Shown here piece by piece: positions 39,288-51,946 of a stretch of 60,820 nucleotides of DNA. The first letter of the stretch is position 1, and each line of letters opens with the position of its first letter. The notes under the pieces were generated by a model that saw only the letters and a program-made list of their open reading frames with translations, made no database searches and was not told the origin of the DNA. Both the position numbers and the translations under genes were made by a program. Source of the DNA: Acidimicrobiia bacterium (GTDB lineage Bacteria > Actinomycetota > Acidimicrobiia > IMCC26256 > PALSA-555); the NCBI GenBank assembly GCA_009694435.1, contig SHUY01000002.1, forward strand, positions 1 to 60,820, in the 5' to 3' direction.

Positions 39288-39595
39288 GGGGCCTCCAAAA
39301 TACGCGGCACCCGAAATTGATTGTCCTGCACCGCCGGCGCGGCGGCTAAAACTTCATCGCGGTCCAACGACGGAGAAATTTCATCAGGGCGGACCACATT
39401 CACCAACGGCAAGGGATGGGACGTCGGCTCAACTCCCGATAAATCGAGTTCGCCCATATCCCGAGCGTGAATAAGAATGCCCGCCAACTCGTGGGTTAAC
39501 CGGTCAACTTCGTCGGCGCTCAATCCCAGCCGGGCCAATCCGGCCACGTGCTCCACTTCAGCCCGAGTGATCGCAGTCGGATTTTCGTCAGCCAT
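39284..39595 (-). CDS. gatC: Asp/Glu-tRNA amidotransferase subunit C
   Basis: 103 aa with GatC-like sequence (VEHVAGLARLGLSADEV). TAGACT hexamer 7 nt upstream of the ATG. Confidence 0.9.
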   Translation of the reverse strand: MADENPTAITRAEVEHVAGLARLGLSADEVDRLTHELAGILIHARDMGELDLSGVEPTSHPLPLVNVVRPDEISPSLDRDEVLAAAPAVQDNQFRVPRILEAP

Positions 39596-39699
39596 AGGCG
39601 AGAGTCTACGAAATCGCTCGCCTCCGAGCCGAAGACTTCCGCTCGCTCTATCGGGCTCGGCCGACTAATCTGCTCTTAAATACCCCATTGGAGGTAATT

Positions 39700-40104
39700 G
39701 TGGCCAAGCACGCATTTCTATCCGACGACTGGTTCGCCATTATTGAACAACTCGTTGAGGAGCACGGTGCGGACATCCCCAACCACAGCGCCATCCTCAT
39801 CAATGTCACCGTGAGTGATACTCCTTTTGGCAGTGAACGGGAAATGCACATGGGAGCCGACTCGGGGCGAGCCCACTGGGGGATTGGTCACAAAGAAGGA
39901 GCAGACCTCACTCTTACCACCGATTACGAAACTGCCCGTGAAGTATTCGTCACCGGCGACCCTCAAGCGGGCATGCAGGCGTTCATGTCGGGCAAAGTAA
40001 AAATCCAGGGCGACCTCGCTAAATTGATGGCCGCCCAAGCGGCCGGAGTAGGCCCAGGAGCCAACAACGCGTTAGCGGAAGCGATCCAAGGGATCACCGA
40101 ATAG
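39700..40104 (+). CDS. SCP2 sterol-binding domain protein
   Basis: C-terminal FMSGKVKIQGDLAKLM motif. GTG start with a GGAGG SD; the ORF track start is 39688. Confidence 0.7.
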   Translation: MAKHAFLSDDWFAIIEQLVEEHGADIPNHSAILINVTVSDTPFGSEREMHMGADSGRAHWGIGHKEGADLTLTTDYETAREVFVTGDPQAGMQAFMSGKVKIQGDLAKLMAAQAAGVGPGANNALAEAIQGITE

Positions 40105-40136
40105 AACTCAACGCCACACCAGCACTAAGGAGCATC

Positions 40137-40430
40137 ATGGCTTTTGCAATAAACCATTTATGGCCAGGCGGTACCCAAGAGCAGTACGACGCGACAATCG
40201 CGGTCGTTCATCCAAATGGCGGCGCCGATCTCCCCAAGGGGCAGTTGTTCCACGCCGCTGGCCCCTGCGAAGGTGGCTAACTGATCATGGCCGTCCACGA
40301 TTCGCGTGCGAGTTGGGAGACCTTCCGTGACGAGATCTTGCTGCCGCGTGCGGCTGGCCTAGCTGGTGGATTTACTACACCAGCAATCGAGACTGATGTC
40401 GATTTGCACACCCTCTGGATCGCAAAATAG
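40137..40430 (+). pseudogene. small conserved-looking ORF (~97 codons) interrupted by a single in-frame TAA at 40278-40280
   Basis: ATG 40137 with an AAGGAG SD. The translation reads ...HAAGPCEGG*LIMAVHDSRASWETFRDEILLPR... and stays in one frame to TAG at 40428-40430. Confidence 0.5.
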
Positions 40431-40458
40431 AACACCTTGGTATTGATCCCTTACGAGT

Positions 40459-42141
40459 TTAAGAACGCAAGGTGGTGCCCACTAGCGAACCGGTGTGTTC
40501 GCCGTGTTCCATAAACACCGCGCCGTTGACAATGGTGGCGTCGTAGCCGGTAGCGTGCTGTATGTAGCGACTCGCACCCAGCGGAAAATCGTGCGCCGCA
40601 GTGGGTAAATGCAGCGTCAACGAGTCGAGATCGATAACATTTACGTCCGCGTAAGCGCCCACGGCCAAGCGTCCCCGATTAGCGATGCCAAACAGATCGG
40701 CCGTATCCGAAGTTAACCGGCGCACGGCCTCTTCGAGAGTAAAAGTTTTGGTGTCCCGCACCCAGTGAGACAAGAACCATGTCGGCTGGCCGGCGTCCAT
40801 AATCTGACCTACGTGAGCGCCCGCGTCACCTAGCCCCAAAACGCAATAGTCCTTTTCGAGCATCCACGCAATCGCATCATGGTTTTGATTGATGAACGGA
40901 AAACTAAATATCGCCGCCCCGCGAGTCTCACGCGAAATATCCACGAAGGCCTCCACCGCGTCCACGCCCCGACGCTGCGCGTGAGCGGCCAAAGAATCTT
41001 CTGCGGTGAAGCGATAGTTGGGTGGCTCAGAGTCGAGGACATAAACCATCTCCCAAGGCAAACGTTGATGAGCCCGCCCCGATTCAATAAGCGCCGCTCG
41101 CTGGTCCACATCGTCGAGGGCCGCCAGCCGTGCGTCCACTCCCTTATCGACCAACGCATCCCAGCCGGGAGCCCGATCAAACAAGGTGCGCATACAGAGA
41201 CCAAAGAGCAGCGCAATACCCCGCGGGGTGGTCTGAGGGCGAATATCGCCGCCGGTCTCTGCTTCGGCTTCCACGCAAGCGAAGACCTTGTCGTGAAGTC
41301 GGGGTGAAAAATCAGTCTGGCCAATACCAAAAGTAACTGGACGGCCAGTGCGCCGACGGATCTCGCTCATCCAGTGGATCTCGCTCTCCACTTTTTCTAA
41401 ATCGGGACCGGCTTCTTCAAACTGGGGCGCAACTTCAAACACTCCGCGCTGGTGGCGACCCAAAACATCACCAATGGCGTAAAGCTCGCGAGTGTCGGCC
41501 CAAGTGCCGGGCACCGGACGCCCATCGGGAACTCGGTGCAGCAAAGTTCGACTGGTAGCAAACCCCAACGCCCCCGCGCTTATTGCTTCGTCAACTATTG
41601 CGCACATCGCGACAATGTCTTCGTCGGGTACCGGGTCTTGGGTCATCGCGCGCTCGCCCATTACGTGGTGGCGAACCGCACAGTGGCCGACCATTCCGCC
41701 GATATTTATTCCCTTAGGAAGTCGATCGACAGATTCGAGGTATTCGCCGTAACTCGTCCAGTCCCAGGCCAAACCCGCCATGATGGAGTCGCGAGGAATG
41801 TCTTCCACCGACTCCATCAACTCGGCGAGATACTCCCTCTCGTCGGGCGCACAGGGCGCGAAAGTCACTCCGCAATTACCCATCACCGCGCTAGTCACTC
41901 CGTGCCAACAACTGCTCGAGCCCAACGGGTCCCACGCGATCTGAGCGTCAAGATGAGTATGAATGTCAACAAATCCCGGGGTTACCACCTTGTCGGTGGC
42001 ATCAATTTCTCGAGTCCCCCGCTCGGCCACCTCACCCACAAGCGTTATCCGGTCGCCGTCTACGGCAACGTCGCCTACTTGGCCGGAAGCACCGGTTCCG
42101 TCAACAACAAACCCGTTTCGGATAACTAAGTCGTGAGCCAT
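40459..42141 (-). CDS. N-acyl-D-amino-acid deacylase (D-aminoacylase) family amidohydrolase
   Basis: DLVIRNGFVVDGTG...VTPGFVDIHTHLD N-terminus; 560 aa. Confidence 0.8.
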   Translation of the reverse strand: MAHDLVIRNGFVVDGTGASGQVGDVAVDGDRITLVGEVAERGTREIDATDKVVTPGFVDIHTHLDAQIAWDPLGSSSCWHGVTSAVMGNCGVTFAPCAPDEREYLAELMESVEDIPRDSIMAGLAWDWTSYGEYLESVDRLPKGINIGGMVGHCAVRHHVMGERAMTQDPVPDEDIVAMCAIVDEAISAGALGFATSRTLLHRVPDGRPVPGTWADTRELYAIGDVLGRHQRGVFEVAPQFEEAGPDLEKVESEIHWMSEIRRRTGRPVTFGIGQTDFSPRLHDKVFACVEAEAETGGDIRPQTTPRGIALLFGLCMRTLFDRAPGWDALVDKGVDARLAALDDVDQRAALIESGRAHQRLPWEMVYVLDSEPPNYRFTAEDSLAAHAQRRGVDAVEAFVDISRETRGAAIFSFPFINQNHDAIAWMLEKDYCVLGLGDAGAHVGQIMDAGQPTWFLSHWVRDTKTFTLEEAVRRLTSDTADLFGIANRGRLAVGAYADVNVIDLDSLTLHLPTAAHDFPLGASRYIQHATGYDATIVNGAVFMEHGEHTGSLVGTTLRS

Positions 42142-42182
42142 CCCCGAAGTCTGACCCAGTATCTAGGGTCTGTCTAGCGGAG

Positions 42183-42911
42183 TTACTTATTGTCGCGGGG
42201 CAACCAGTACCACGCCCGGAAGAACACTACGACCGAGGTAAAGGTCAAAGCGGCGTAAGAAATCACATCGATCACCGCTCGCTGGCGGCCAATGCTCTCG
42301 TTGGTGGCGTTGGCGAAAGTCGACGGGAAAAGCAGCTCGAAAAAGTCGTAGACCCCCCGGCTGGCCGCAGCGATGAAGGTGATCGCGGCGATAAAACAAA
42401 TCCCGTAGACCGTCACCTTAACTACCGCTCCACTTGCTCCCGACACTGAACCTCGGGCGGGGAACATCGCTTTAGCCCGAATCAGGTGATAGAAAAATAC
42501 CGCGCCCGAGGCGAGACCGATAACGAGATTCTCCAGCCCGTAACGCAAATTGTGATCGTTAGAAAGACCGAGAGCATTAGGAGTGGCGTACGCACTGCCT
42601 CCACTCGACGTTTGGTCGCCGCCCAAACCAGGAATCTGGTTGAGCAAATCGCCGAAGTCCCCCATTCCTCCCGAAGCGGAGATTTTGGGCTTCTCAACGA
42701 TGAGATCAAGGAACGCGTGGAGTGCTCCGAACAGGGAGTAAATCATCAAGAACAGCGAAACCACCAAAATCGCGCCCAAGTAACGCGCAAAAGAGCGGTT
42801 GCGGTTCGCGTCGTTGTCAGTGCGACCCGCCACCAAAATCAAAATGATTGCCACCACAAAGGCGATTCCGATTATTTCTTGCCAAAAACCTAAATCTGCT
42901 ATTGGACACAT
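42183..42911 (-). CDS. hypothetical multi-pass membrane protein
   Basis: 242 aa with 5-6 hydrophobic segments and a Gly/Ser-rich loop. No recognisable motif. Confidence 0.55.
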   Translation of the reverse strand: MCPIADLGFWQEIIGIAFVVAIILILVAGRTDNDANRNRSFARYLGAILVVSLFLMIYSLFGALHAFLDLIVEKPKISASGGMGDFGDLLNQIPGLGGDQTSSGGSAYATPNALGLSNDHNLRYGLENLVIGLASGAVFFYHLIRAKAMFPARGSVSGASGAVVKVTVYGICFIAAITFIAAASRGVYDFFELLFPSTFANATNESIGRQRAVIDVISYAALTFTSVVVFFRAWYWLPRDNK

Positions 42912-42998
42912 ACCGTCTCCCCTTTACGATTTTCTAACCGTCGGTTATAAAAAAGCGTAATCCGCCTAACGGCTAATTGGGGGCTTTCGCTGGGGGGT

Positions 42999-43928
42999 CT
43001 AGCCCAGTGCTCGCCCCATTTCGGCTCCTCCGCCGCGACGCTCACCCTCAGGCGCAAGGCTCGGCCCCGCGGCAATGAGTTGAGCCACCGTCCAGCGTTC
43101 TTTATCGTTACTGATCTTTTCGGCGATTGAATACGGCTGGTAACGCGCCACTACATCGCCCTGAACAAAGAACGTCTCCCCACTAAAGGGACACTCGGCG
43201 GTGGCGAGATAACCCATTAACGGGGAAATGTTTTCCGGAGCGTACATATCGAATACCGACGGGTCGGTCGGCGCCTTGATGACATCTTCGAGCCCCGGGG
43301 TTTGCTCAGTTAAACGAGTGCGAGCAATCGGAGTAATGGCGTTCGAACGAACCCCGTAACGACCCAATTCGAGCGCACAGATATTAGAAAAAGCCGCTAT
43401 CCCCGCCTTGGCCGCTCCGTAGTTAGTCTGACCGACATTGCCCAAGACTCCCGAAGTCGATGAAGTGTTAATAATGGACGCGTTGACTTCATTGCCGGCT
43501 TTAACTTGTTCCCGCCAGTAAGCCGCCGCGTGGCGAGTCGGACAAAAGTGTCCTTTCAAGTGAACGGCAATCACTGAGTCCCAATCACCTTCGGTCATGT
43601 TGACCAGCATGCTGTCGCGCAAAATTCCCGCGTTGTTAACCAGCACGTGGAGGTCACCGAAAACTTCAATCGCTTGATCGATTAGGCGCTTGGCCCCTTC
43701 AAAGTCGGCCACGCTGTCGGTATTCGCCACCGCTTCGCCCCCCATAGCCAAAATCTCGTCGACTACTTGTTGGGCCGGAGCGCGGTCGCCTCCTTCACCG
43801 TGAATGTCGCCCCCGAGGTCGTTAACGACAACCTTGGCTCCTTCGCCCGCGAAAAATAGTGCGTGCTGGCGACCAATACCGCGCCCGGCTCCGGTGATAA
43901 CTGTTACCCGACCATCGAGCGAACCCAT
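42999..43928 (-). CDS. SDR family oxidoreductase
   Basis: TGAGRGIGR cofactor motif and the catalytic NYGAAKAG (YxxxK). Confidence 0.85.
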   Translation of the reverse strand: MGSLDGRVTVITGAGRGIGRQHALFFAGEGAKVVVNDLGGDIHGEGGDRAPAQQVVDEILAMGGEAVANTDSVADFEGAKRLIDQAIEVFGDLHVLVNNAGILRDSMLVNMTEGDWDSVIAVHLKGHFCPTRHAAAYWREQVKAGNEVNASIINTSSTSGVLGNVGQTNYGAAKAGIAAFSNICALELGRYGVRSNAITPIARTRLTEQTPGLEDVIKAPTDPSVFDMYAPENISPLMGYLATAECPFSGETFFVQGDVVARYQPYSIAEKISNDKERWTVAQLIAAGPSLAPEGERRGGGAEMGRALG

Positions 43929-44021
43929 AACTCAACCTCCGTAGTGGTAGACATTGTCGAAATCCGAGATTAGACCGTGATGGCGCCGGGGTCTCAGCCG
44001 AAGACCGATCCCGGTTTCGCT

Positions 44022-45995
44022 TTACAAAAACAAGGTTATTTTGGCTCCCCGCCGCACTTTGGTTCCCGCCGCCGGGTCTTGGGCTCGCACCTTTCGCTGC
44101 GCCCCAAAATTCTCTACCCCGGCAATCAAGCCCAGTCGTTCTAGCGCCGCGCTGGCCGCTTCGACGCTCTGGCCGACCAAATTAGGAACGGTGATTACTT
44201 CTGGCCCCTTGCTCACCACCACCACCACCGCAGAGTCTCGGGGGGCGAGCGCGGCGGCGGCCGGTTCGGTGCCGACTACTACCCCCGTCGCTACGGTGTC
44301 GTTGAAGTCATCACGACGAGTAGCGCTGAAACGTTTTTCTTTCAGTACCGCCGCCGCATCGTCGTAAGTTTTACCCGCTACATCCGGAACTGCTATTGGC
44401 GCCGGACCATCGCTCACTAGTAAACGAATTGTCGACTCGCGCGGCGCGCGCTTGTTCGCTCGGGGACGAGTAGCCAAAGCAATGTCTTGGGCTACTACCT
44501 CATCGGTGCGGCGTTCAACTGCAACTATGAAACCCGCAGCTTCGAGTTTGCTCTGGGCCGCAGCCACTAAGTCACCTTTAACTTTAGGAATCAAAACTTT
44601 AGGGGGCCCGCTCGAAACCGTGACTTCGATTTCGTCACCTTCACTGAGAAATTCTCCCGGAGCCGGGCGTTGGGAAATTATCAGTCCGGCGGGATCGTCA
44701 ACCGTACGCCGGTCACTAACCGTCATCAATAAACCCTCTTTGGTGGCACGCGCCGCCGCGGCCTTGGAGTTAAGCCCGACCAGACTCGGAGCCGCAGCAC
44801 TCGTACCCCCGCCAAAAACCCCCGCGCCGAGTTGCCCTCCGCCCGAGATCAACGCGAAAGCTGTGCCCAAAATACCCGCCACCGCCACCAACACGACTAG
44901 CGGCACCAAACTGCGCCGCATTCGATTAGGGACAGGCTGATCAATCTCCCCCGACTCAAAATCCGCAGGAAACCCTTCATCAGAAAAGGTCTTGGGCGCT
45001 CGGGTGTCAATCGACACCCGCGGAACCGCAATCTGGGTTACATCGGGGTCAACCGGTCCAGAAGGGCGAGCAGTCGAAGTGCGGTCCTCACCCCCGAGAC
45101 GAGTGTGGTCACCCGTCTCGGCCAACGAACCAATCCCGGGTAACACCAGCGCAGCCGGGGCGGGTAACGAGCGAGCCGCGGTAGTGAGGTCGACGCCCAT
45201 CGTCGCGGCGTCGACAAACCGATCGTTAGGGTCAGGCTGGCCCGCTCGCGCCACCACCGGCGCCAACGGGCCCAACTCTGAGAGTTCCGCGATTCCTTGA
45301 CCGGAGCGCAGAGCAAGAGTATTGACCGCGGTTTCGCCCGTAAGCGGAACTACTCCGGTACCCGCTTCGGCTAAAACTATCGCGAGCGAATAAATATCCG
45401 CCCGACCGTCGAGAGGTTGACCGAGAGATTGTTCGGGGGCGGAGTAGCGCGCGGTGCCCACTACTGTCCCCGCCGGCTCAGTCCACGAAGATTCGGCTAA
45501 TGCTCGGGCCAAACCAAAATCTGCTACCCGCACAATTCCGTGTTCGTCAAAAAGCAGATTGGCGGGTTTTATGTCCCGATGGACGATGCCCCGACCGTGG
45601 GCGTAAGCCAAAGCGGCCGCCACTTGGCGCCCGATGTGAGCGCACTGGGCGGGACTCAAGCGCACCCCGGAGTCAAGAATCGCGCGCAGCGATCCTCCGG
45701 TCAGTAACTCAAAAACCATAAAGGCAACGCCGCGGTCTTCGCCCCAGTCGTAAACCGCCATGATGTGTGGGTGCGAAAGCGCAGCCGCCACTCGAGCCTC
45801 AGAGCGAAACCGCCGCAAGAATCCCGCGTCGTCAGCCAAATTTCCGTGCAGCACCTTGACCGCCACTCGCCGACGCAGCCGAAGGTCTTCGCCCACATAA
45901 ACTCGACCGCTGGCCCCCGAACCCACGGCCGCCAGCAATCGGTATCGCTCCGCCAATACGTGACCTACGAGGTCAGTGGGGGGTGAGGGGCTCAT
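44022..45995 (-). CDS. pknB: Ser/Thr protein kinase with four extracellular PASTA repeats (PknB-like)
   Basis: Kinase motifs VAVKVL, HRDIKPAN, DFGLA and APE, followed by one TM helix and 4 PASTA-like repeats each ending in S.GP. Confidence 0.9.
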   Translation of the reverse strand: MSPSPPTDLVGHVLAERYRLLAAVGSGASGRVYVGEDLRLRRRVAVKVLHGNLADDAGFLRRFRSEARVAAALSHPHIMAVYDWGEDRGVAFMVFELLTGGSLRAILDSGVRLSPAQCAHIGRQVAAALAYAHGRGIVHRDIKPANLLFDEHGIVRVADFGLARALAESSWTEPAGTVVGTARYSAPEQSLGQPLDGRADIYSLAIVLAEAGTGVVPLTGETAVNTLALRSGQGIAELSELGPLAPVVARAGQPDPNDRFVDAATMGVDLTTAARSLPAPAALVLPGIGSLAETGDHTRLGGEDRTSTARPSGPVDPDVTQIAVPRVSIDTRAPKTFSDEGFPADFESGEIDQPVPNRMRRSLVPLVVLVAVAGILGTAFALISGGGQLGAGVFGGGTSAAAPSLVGLNSKAAAARATKEGLLMTVSDRRTVDDPAGLIISQRPAPGEFLSEGDEIEVTVSSGPPKVLIPKVKGDLVAAAQSKLEAAGFIVAVERRTDEVVAQDIALATRPRANKRAPRESTIRLLVSDGPAPIAVPDVAGKTYDDAAAVLKEKRFSATRRDDFNDTVATGVVVGTEPAAAALAPRDSAVVVVVSKGPEVITVPNLVGQSVEAASAALERLGLIAGVENFGAQRKVRAQDPAAGTKVRRGAKITLFL

Positions 45996-46075
45996 GTTAT
46001 ATCTAGGCTACGAGTACTTATGGGGTATTTGGGGTCATGCGAGGCCTGGGCTCGCACCTCGGTACCGTTGAGGCC

Positions 46076-46543
46076 ATGAACGCTCCGGCTTCGAATAAAC
46101 CCGTTTCCACCCAACCCCCGTCCCGTCGGTTCGCTCACCCGGGGCGGATCGCCGTAGTGGCAGTAATCGTTATTGCCGTCGTGAACCTCGCGGTGTGGGG
46201 CTTGTCTCAGTCCGACACCTCAACCAACGGAACTGCGTTGCCGGCAACAATAGAGTCCATTACCCCTCAATCCGGACAACTCATTCGCCTCCAAGACACC
46301 CTCTCGGCCGACTTGCGCGACGACCTAACCGGAGTTCTCGTAATTGATGGAGCCGAAGTGCCCGAAGACCAACTCGAGCGAGTAGTCCCGCTCGCGCAAG
46401 TAAGTTTTCGACCCGGTCCTAAATCTGACTTAACCAAATTTGAACCGGGTGACCACACCGTAGTAATAAAATATTGGCAACAAGGAAAGCCGCGTCCCAC
46501 CAATCCCAATAGTTTTTCGTGGCGCTTCCGAGCGGGAGCATAA
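46076..46543 (+). CDS. hypothetical membrane-anchored protein
   Basis: N-terminal TM helix IAVVAVIVIAVVNLAVWGL followed by a ~110-aa soluble domain. TACCGT hexamer 7 nt upstream of the ATG. Confidence 0.55.
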   Translation: MNAPASNKPVSTQPPSRRFAHPGRIAVVAVIVIAVVNLAVWGLSQSDTSTNGTALPATIESITPQSGQLIRLQDTLSADLRDDLTGVLVIDGAEVPEDQLERVVPLAQVSFRPGPKSDLTKFEPGDHTVVIKYWQQGKPRPTNPNSFSWRFRAGA

Positions 46544-46569
46544 ATTACCACTCGCACACAATAATGCGT

Positions 46570-48773
<2,204 letters not shown>

Positions 48774-48828
48774 TACGGCTAATTCTACGGTCCCCAGCAC
48801 CACCTGCCCTTCCGCGAGACTGTTGGCT

Positions 48829-49728
48829 ATGGGCAATTGGTTACGATCGCCGCGAGTACGGCTCAACAAATTGCGCGTCTTTTGGGTGGCGGTACCGGTT
48901 CTAGTCGGTCCGTTGTTCAACTCCGCCCTCGACTCCCAAACCTCGGCCGGCAAGTTAGTGGTACTGGTTTTTCTCTGGATCGCATGGGGTATTGGTTTGG
49001 TGGGGGTGCTGACTCCCCGCCCCGCCGGGCTAACCGCGCTGCGCATTATCGCCCCCGCTTTACTGGTCGTAGCCATCGTCAGCGCGGCTTCTTGCCCCGC
49101 CCCGGCCGACTGGAAAATTATCATCGGACTCATCGGGGCTTTGGCCGTGGTCGGTCTCATCACCGACCCCACTTTCGCCCGCACCGCGGTCAACGGAGTC
49201 GCTTACGGCGATGAATCGCGCTACCCGCTACGCACTCCCCCGGGATTATTTTTTGGGCCCGTCCCGCTCGCGCGCGCCGTAGTAGTAATCGGTCTCGTAA
49301 GTGGACCGTGGGCACTGGCGGCAAATAATTATGCTCTCGCCGTTGTTGGTTTTGTCGTCGGAATACCGTTAGCCCTCGGAGCGGCCCGTATCTTGCACAC
49401 TTTGTCGCGGCGCTGGTTGGTTTTGGTTCCCGCCGGAGTAGTTTTAGTTGACTCCCTGACGATTGCCGACCCCGTGTTGATGGTTCGCCGCCATATTCGC
49501 GTCGTGCGCAAAGTCCCCGGCACCGCTACCGTCAGCGCCGGCACCCTCGATCTGCGGTTAGGCGCATCGTGGGGAACCATCAGGGTCGAACTCGACGGCG
49601 AAACCGACCTCGTACGCACCCGTCGAGGTAAAAGCAAAACTTTGCGACCCCACTCGCTAGTAGTAGCGATTAATGGCCGCCGCGCTTTACTGACCGACTT
49701 ACCCCACCGCCGCATTACGGTCGGCTAA
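48829..49728 (+). CDS. hypothetical multi-pass membrane protein
   Basis: Several TM helices follow MGNWLRSPRVRLNKLRVFWVAVPVLVGPLF, then a soluble C-terminal domain. The upstream part of the track ORF (from 48499) overlaps ligA and looks non-coding. Confidence 0.55.
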   Translation: MGNWLRSPRVRLNKLRVFWVAVPVLVGPLFNSALDSQTSAGKLVVLVFLWIAWGIGLVGVLTPRPAGLTALRIIAPALLVVAIVSAASCPAPADWKIIIGLIGALAVVGLITDPTFARTAVNGVAYGDESRYPLRTPPGLFFGPVPLARAVVVIGLVSGPWALAANNYALAVVGFVVGIPLALGAARILHTLSRRWLVLVPAGVVLVDSLTIADPVLMVRRHIRVVRKVPGTATVSAGTLDLRLGASWGTIRVELDGETDLVRTRRGKSKTLRPHSLVVAINGRRALLTDLPHRRITVG

Positions 49729-50771
49729 GCGACGATCCCGCCACCTACTAACTCGTCACCCCGATACAACGCCACTACTTGACCCGAGGCCACCCGAGCT
49801 AGCGGTTGGCAAAGCAACACCTCGGCCGAACCCAACTCACCCATCTCGATTCGACCCCGCCCCAAACTACCGTGCGCTCTCGTTTGCACCGACAATTCTT
49901 CGGAACGAGAAGGAGCCGCCTCGGCCACAAAAGTCATGTCTCGTAAAGCCAGCGTGGGAGTGAGCAGATCGACCTGCGTGCCAATAGTCACCGTCGCGCT
50001 CGGTCCGTCAACGGCAATCACGTAACGGGGCTCGCCTTGGGCCACTCCCAATCCTTTTCGCTGACCCACAGTGAACCCAGCCAGCGCTTCGTGGCGAGCC
50101 ACCACCGTACCGTCGATCTCTTGCACTACCCCCGGGCGGGCGGGGGCGCGCGCGGCCAGAAAATCGCCCCGGTCCTCACGCCGTACAAAACACACATCCA
50201 TGCTTTCGGGCTTAGTGGCGGTTCGTAGCCCCAACCGAGTGGCCTCAGAGCGCACCTCGGCTTTAGTCATCTCGCCCACCGGCAAAAGTGTACGAGCGAG
50301 ATGGGTTTGGTCGAGCATGTAGAGCACGTACGACTGGTCTTTAGCGTCATCGACCCCTCGAAGCAGTTGCCATTCGCCGTTAGGGCTCTGACTAACGCGG
50401 GCATGGTGACCAGTAGCGAGGGCAGAAAACCCCATCGTCACCGCCCGTTCGAACAAGACGCCAAACTTGATCGAACGATTACATTCAACGCACGGATTAG
50501 GAGTATTCCCCACCGAGTGCGCGGCCACGTAAGGATCAACCACTGATTCCATAAAAGTATCGGCCAAATTAAACACGTAATGAGAAATACCCAGTTGTGC
50601 CGCCACCCGGCGCGCGTCTTCCACATCGCTCACGCTGCAACAACCCGAGTCGGTCTCTCCTCCCCACAACCGCAGTGTCACCCCAGTCACGGTGTGGCCC
50701 GCGTCAAGCAAGAGTGCGGCGGCCACCGAAGAGTCAACCCCTCCACTCATCGCCACTAATACTTCGCTCAC
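49725..50771 (-). CDS. mnmA: tRNA 2-thiouridine(34) synthase
   Basis: PP-loop VAMSGGVDSSV; 348 aa. It overlaps the cysteine desulfurase gene by 4 nt. Confidence 0.9.
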   Translation of the reverse strand: MSEVLVAMSGGVDSSVAAALLLDAGHTVTGVTLRLWGGETDSGCCSVSDVEDARRVAAQLGISHYVFNLADTFMESVVDPYVAAHSVGNTPNPCVECNRSIKFGVLFERAVTMGFSALATGHHARVSQSPNGEWQLLRGVDDAKDQSYVLYMLDQTHLARTLLPVGEMTKAEVRSEATRLGLRTATKPESMDVCFVRREDRGDFLAARAPARPGVVQEIDGTVVARHEALAGFTVGQRKGLGVAQGEPRYVIAVDGPSATVTIGTQVDLLTPTLALRDMTFVAEAAPSRSEELSVQTRAHGSLGRGRIEMGELGSAEVLLCQPLARVASGQVVALYRGDELVGGGIVA

Positions 50772-51946
50772 GCGGCACCCACTTGGGTTCGCAACTGAGC
50801 CACCACCGCGGGGATGCGTTCGAGGGCGCCATCAACGTCGGCTTTCGTAGAAGCAAAGCCCAAACTGAGCCGGATCGACGAGCGGGCCGCCGATTCGCTC
50901 ATACCCATAGCCGCCAACACGTGCGAGGGTTCAGTAGCCCCCGACGAACACGATGAACCCGCCGCGGCGCAAACCCCCACTCGGTCAAGAGCCATCAACA
51001 GCACCTCGGCTTCTACGCCGACAATAGCCACGTGGGCATTACCCGCAACCTTAATTTCTCGGTCCCCGTTCTCAACCAAACCTTCAATTCGACTCGACAG
51101 GCCGGCCAGCAAAGAGTCGCGTAACGCACCGACCGCGGCCACTTCTGCCGCCCGATTATTGATCGTGATGGTGAGCGCAGTCGCCATCGCCACCACTCCG
51201 GCCACGTTGACCGTACCCGCTCGCCAACCGCTCTCTTGTCCTCCACCTTCAATCAGTGGTTCGAGGGCCACCCCTCGGCGAGCGATCAACGCTCCCACTC
51301 CCTTGGGCCCACCAAATTTGTGCGCCGAAATAGAGATCAAATCTGCCCCCGCACCCGCCCCCGCTACATCGATCCACGGAACCGCCTGCACTGCGTCGGT
51401 ATGTAGTCGCGCTTTGGGGGCGTGCTCAGCAATAATCCGTTCAACTTGATCAAGTGGTTGGATGGTGCCTATTTCATTATTTACCATCATCACCGAAACT
51501 AAAACCGTATTTGCGTCCAGCGCGCGCGCTAAAGAATCGAGATCGATAGCCCCCGCGCTAGTAGCCCCAATACGACTAACCCGAAAACCTTCGGCCTCCA
51601 ACCGGTCGGCGGCGGCCAATACCGCTTTATGTTCAAACGCCCCCACCACCACTCCATCACCGACTCCAGCCGCACGAGCGGCACGAGCGGCACCCTCTAC
51701 CGCTAGGTTGTCGGACTCGGTTCCTCCGCCAGTAAAAATAACTTCACTCGAATCAGCCCCTAAGGCGCTCGCCACTTGTTCGCGCGCTTCTTCGAGCGCC
51801 GTCTTGGCTGACCGCGCCGCGGCGTGACTTCCGGACGGATTGGCAAACGATTCCTTAAGAAATGGCAACATCGCGTCTACCGCTTCGGCCCGCATAGGCG
51901 TGCTGGCGGCATAATCCAGATACAACATCTCTAAATCCTTCAACAT
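50768..51946 (-). CDS. iscS: cysteine desulfurase (NifS/IscS class)
   Basis: YLDYAASTP N-terminus and PLP lysine SAHKFGGPKG. Start at ATG 51946 or 51928; the track ORF extends to 51994. Confidence 0.85.
   Translation of the reverse strand: MLKDLEMLYLDYAASTPMRAEAVDAMLPFLKESFANPSGSHAAARSAKTALEEAREQVASALGADSSEVIFTGGGTESDNLAVEGAARAARAAGVGDGVVVGAFEHKAVLAAADRLEAEGFRVSRIGATSAGAIDLDSLARALDANTVLVSVMMVNNEIGTIQPLDQVERIIAEHAPKARLHTDAVQAVPWIDVAGAGAGADLISISAHKFGGPKGVGALIARRGVALEPLIEGGGQESGWRAGTVNVAGVVAMATALTITINNRAAEVAAVGALRDSLLAGLSSRIEGLVENGDREIKVAGNAHVAIVGVEAEVLLMALDRVGVCAAAGSSCSSGATEPSHVLAAMGMSESAARSSIRLSLGFASTKADVDGALERIPAVVAQLRTQVGAA

Noticed and set aside
48774-49193. N-terminal 140 aa of the 209-aa minus-strand ORF upstream of ligA
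   Set aside because: It overlaps the plus-strand membrane-protein gene, which has clear TM helices, and it has shadow-ORF composition. Only the last 69 codons look protein-like.
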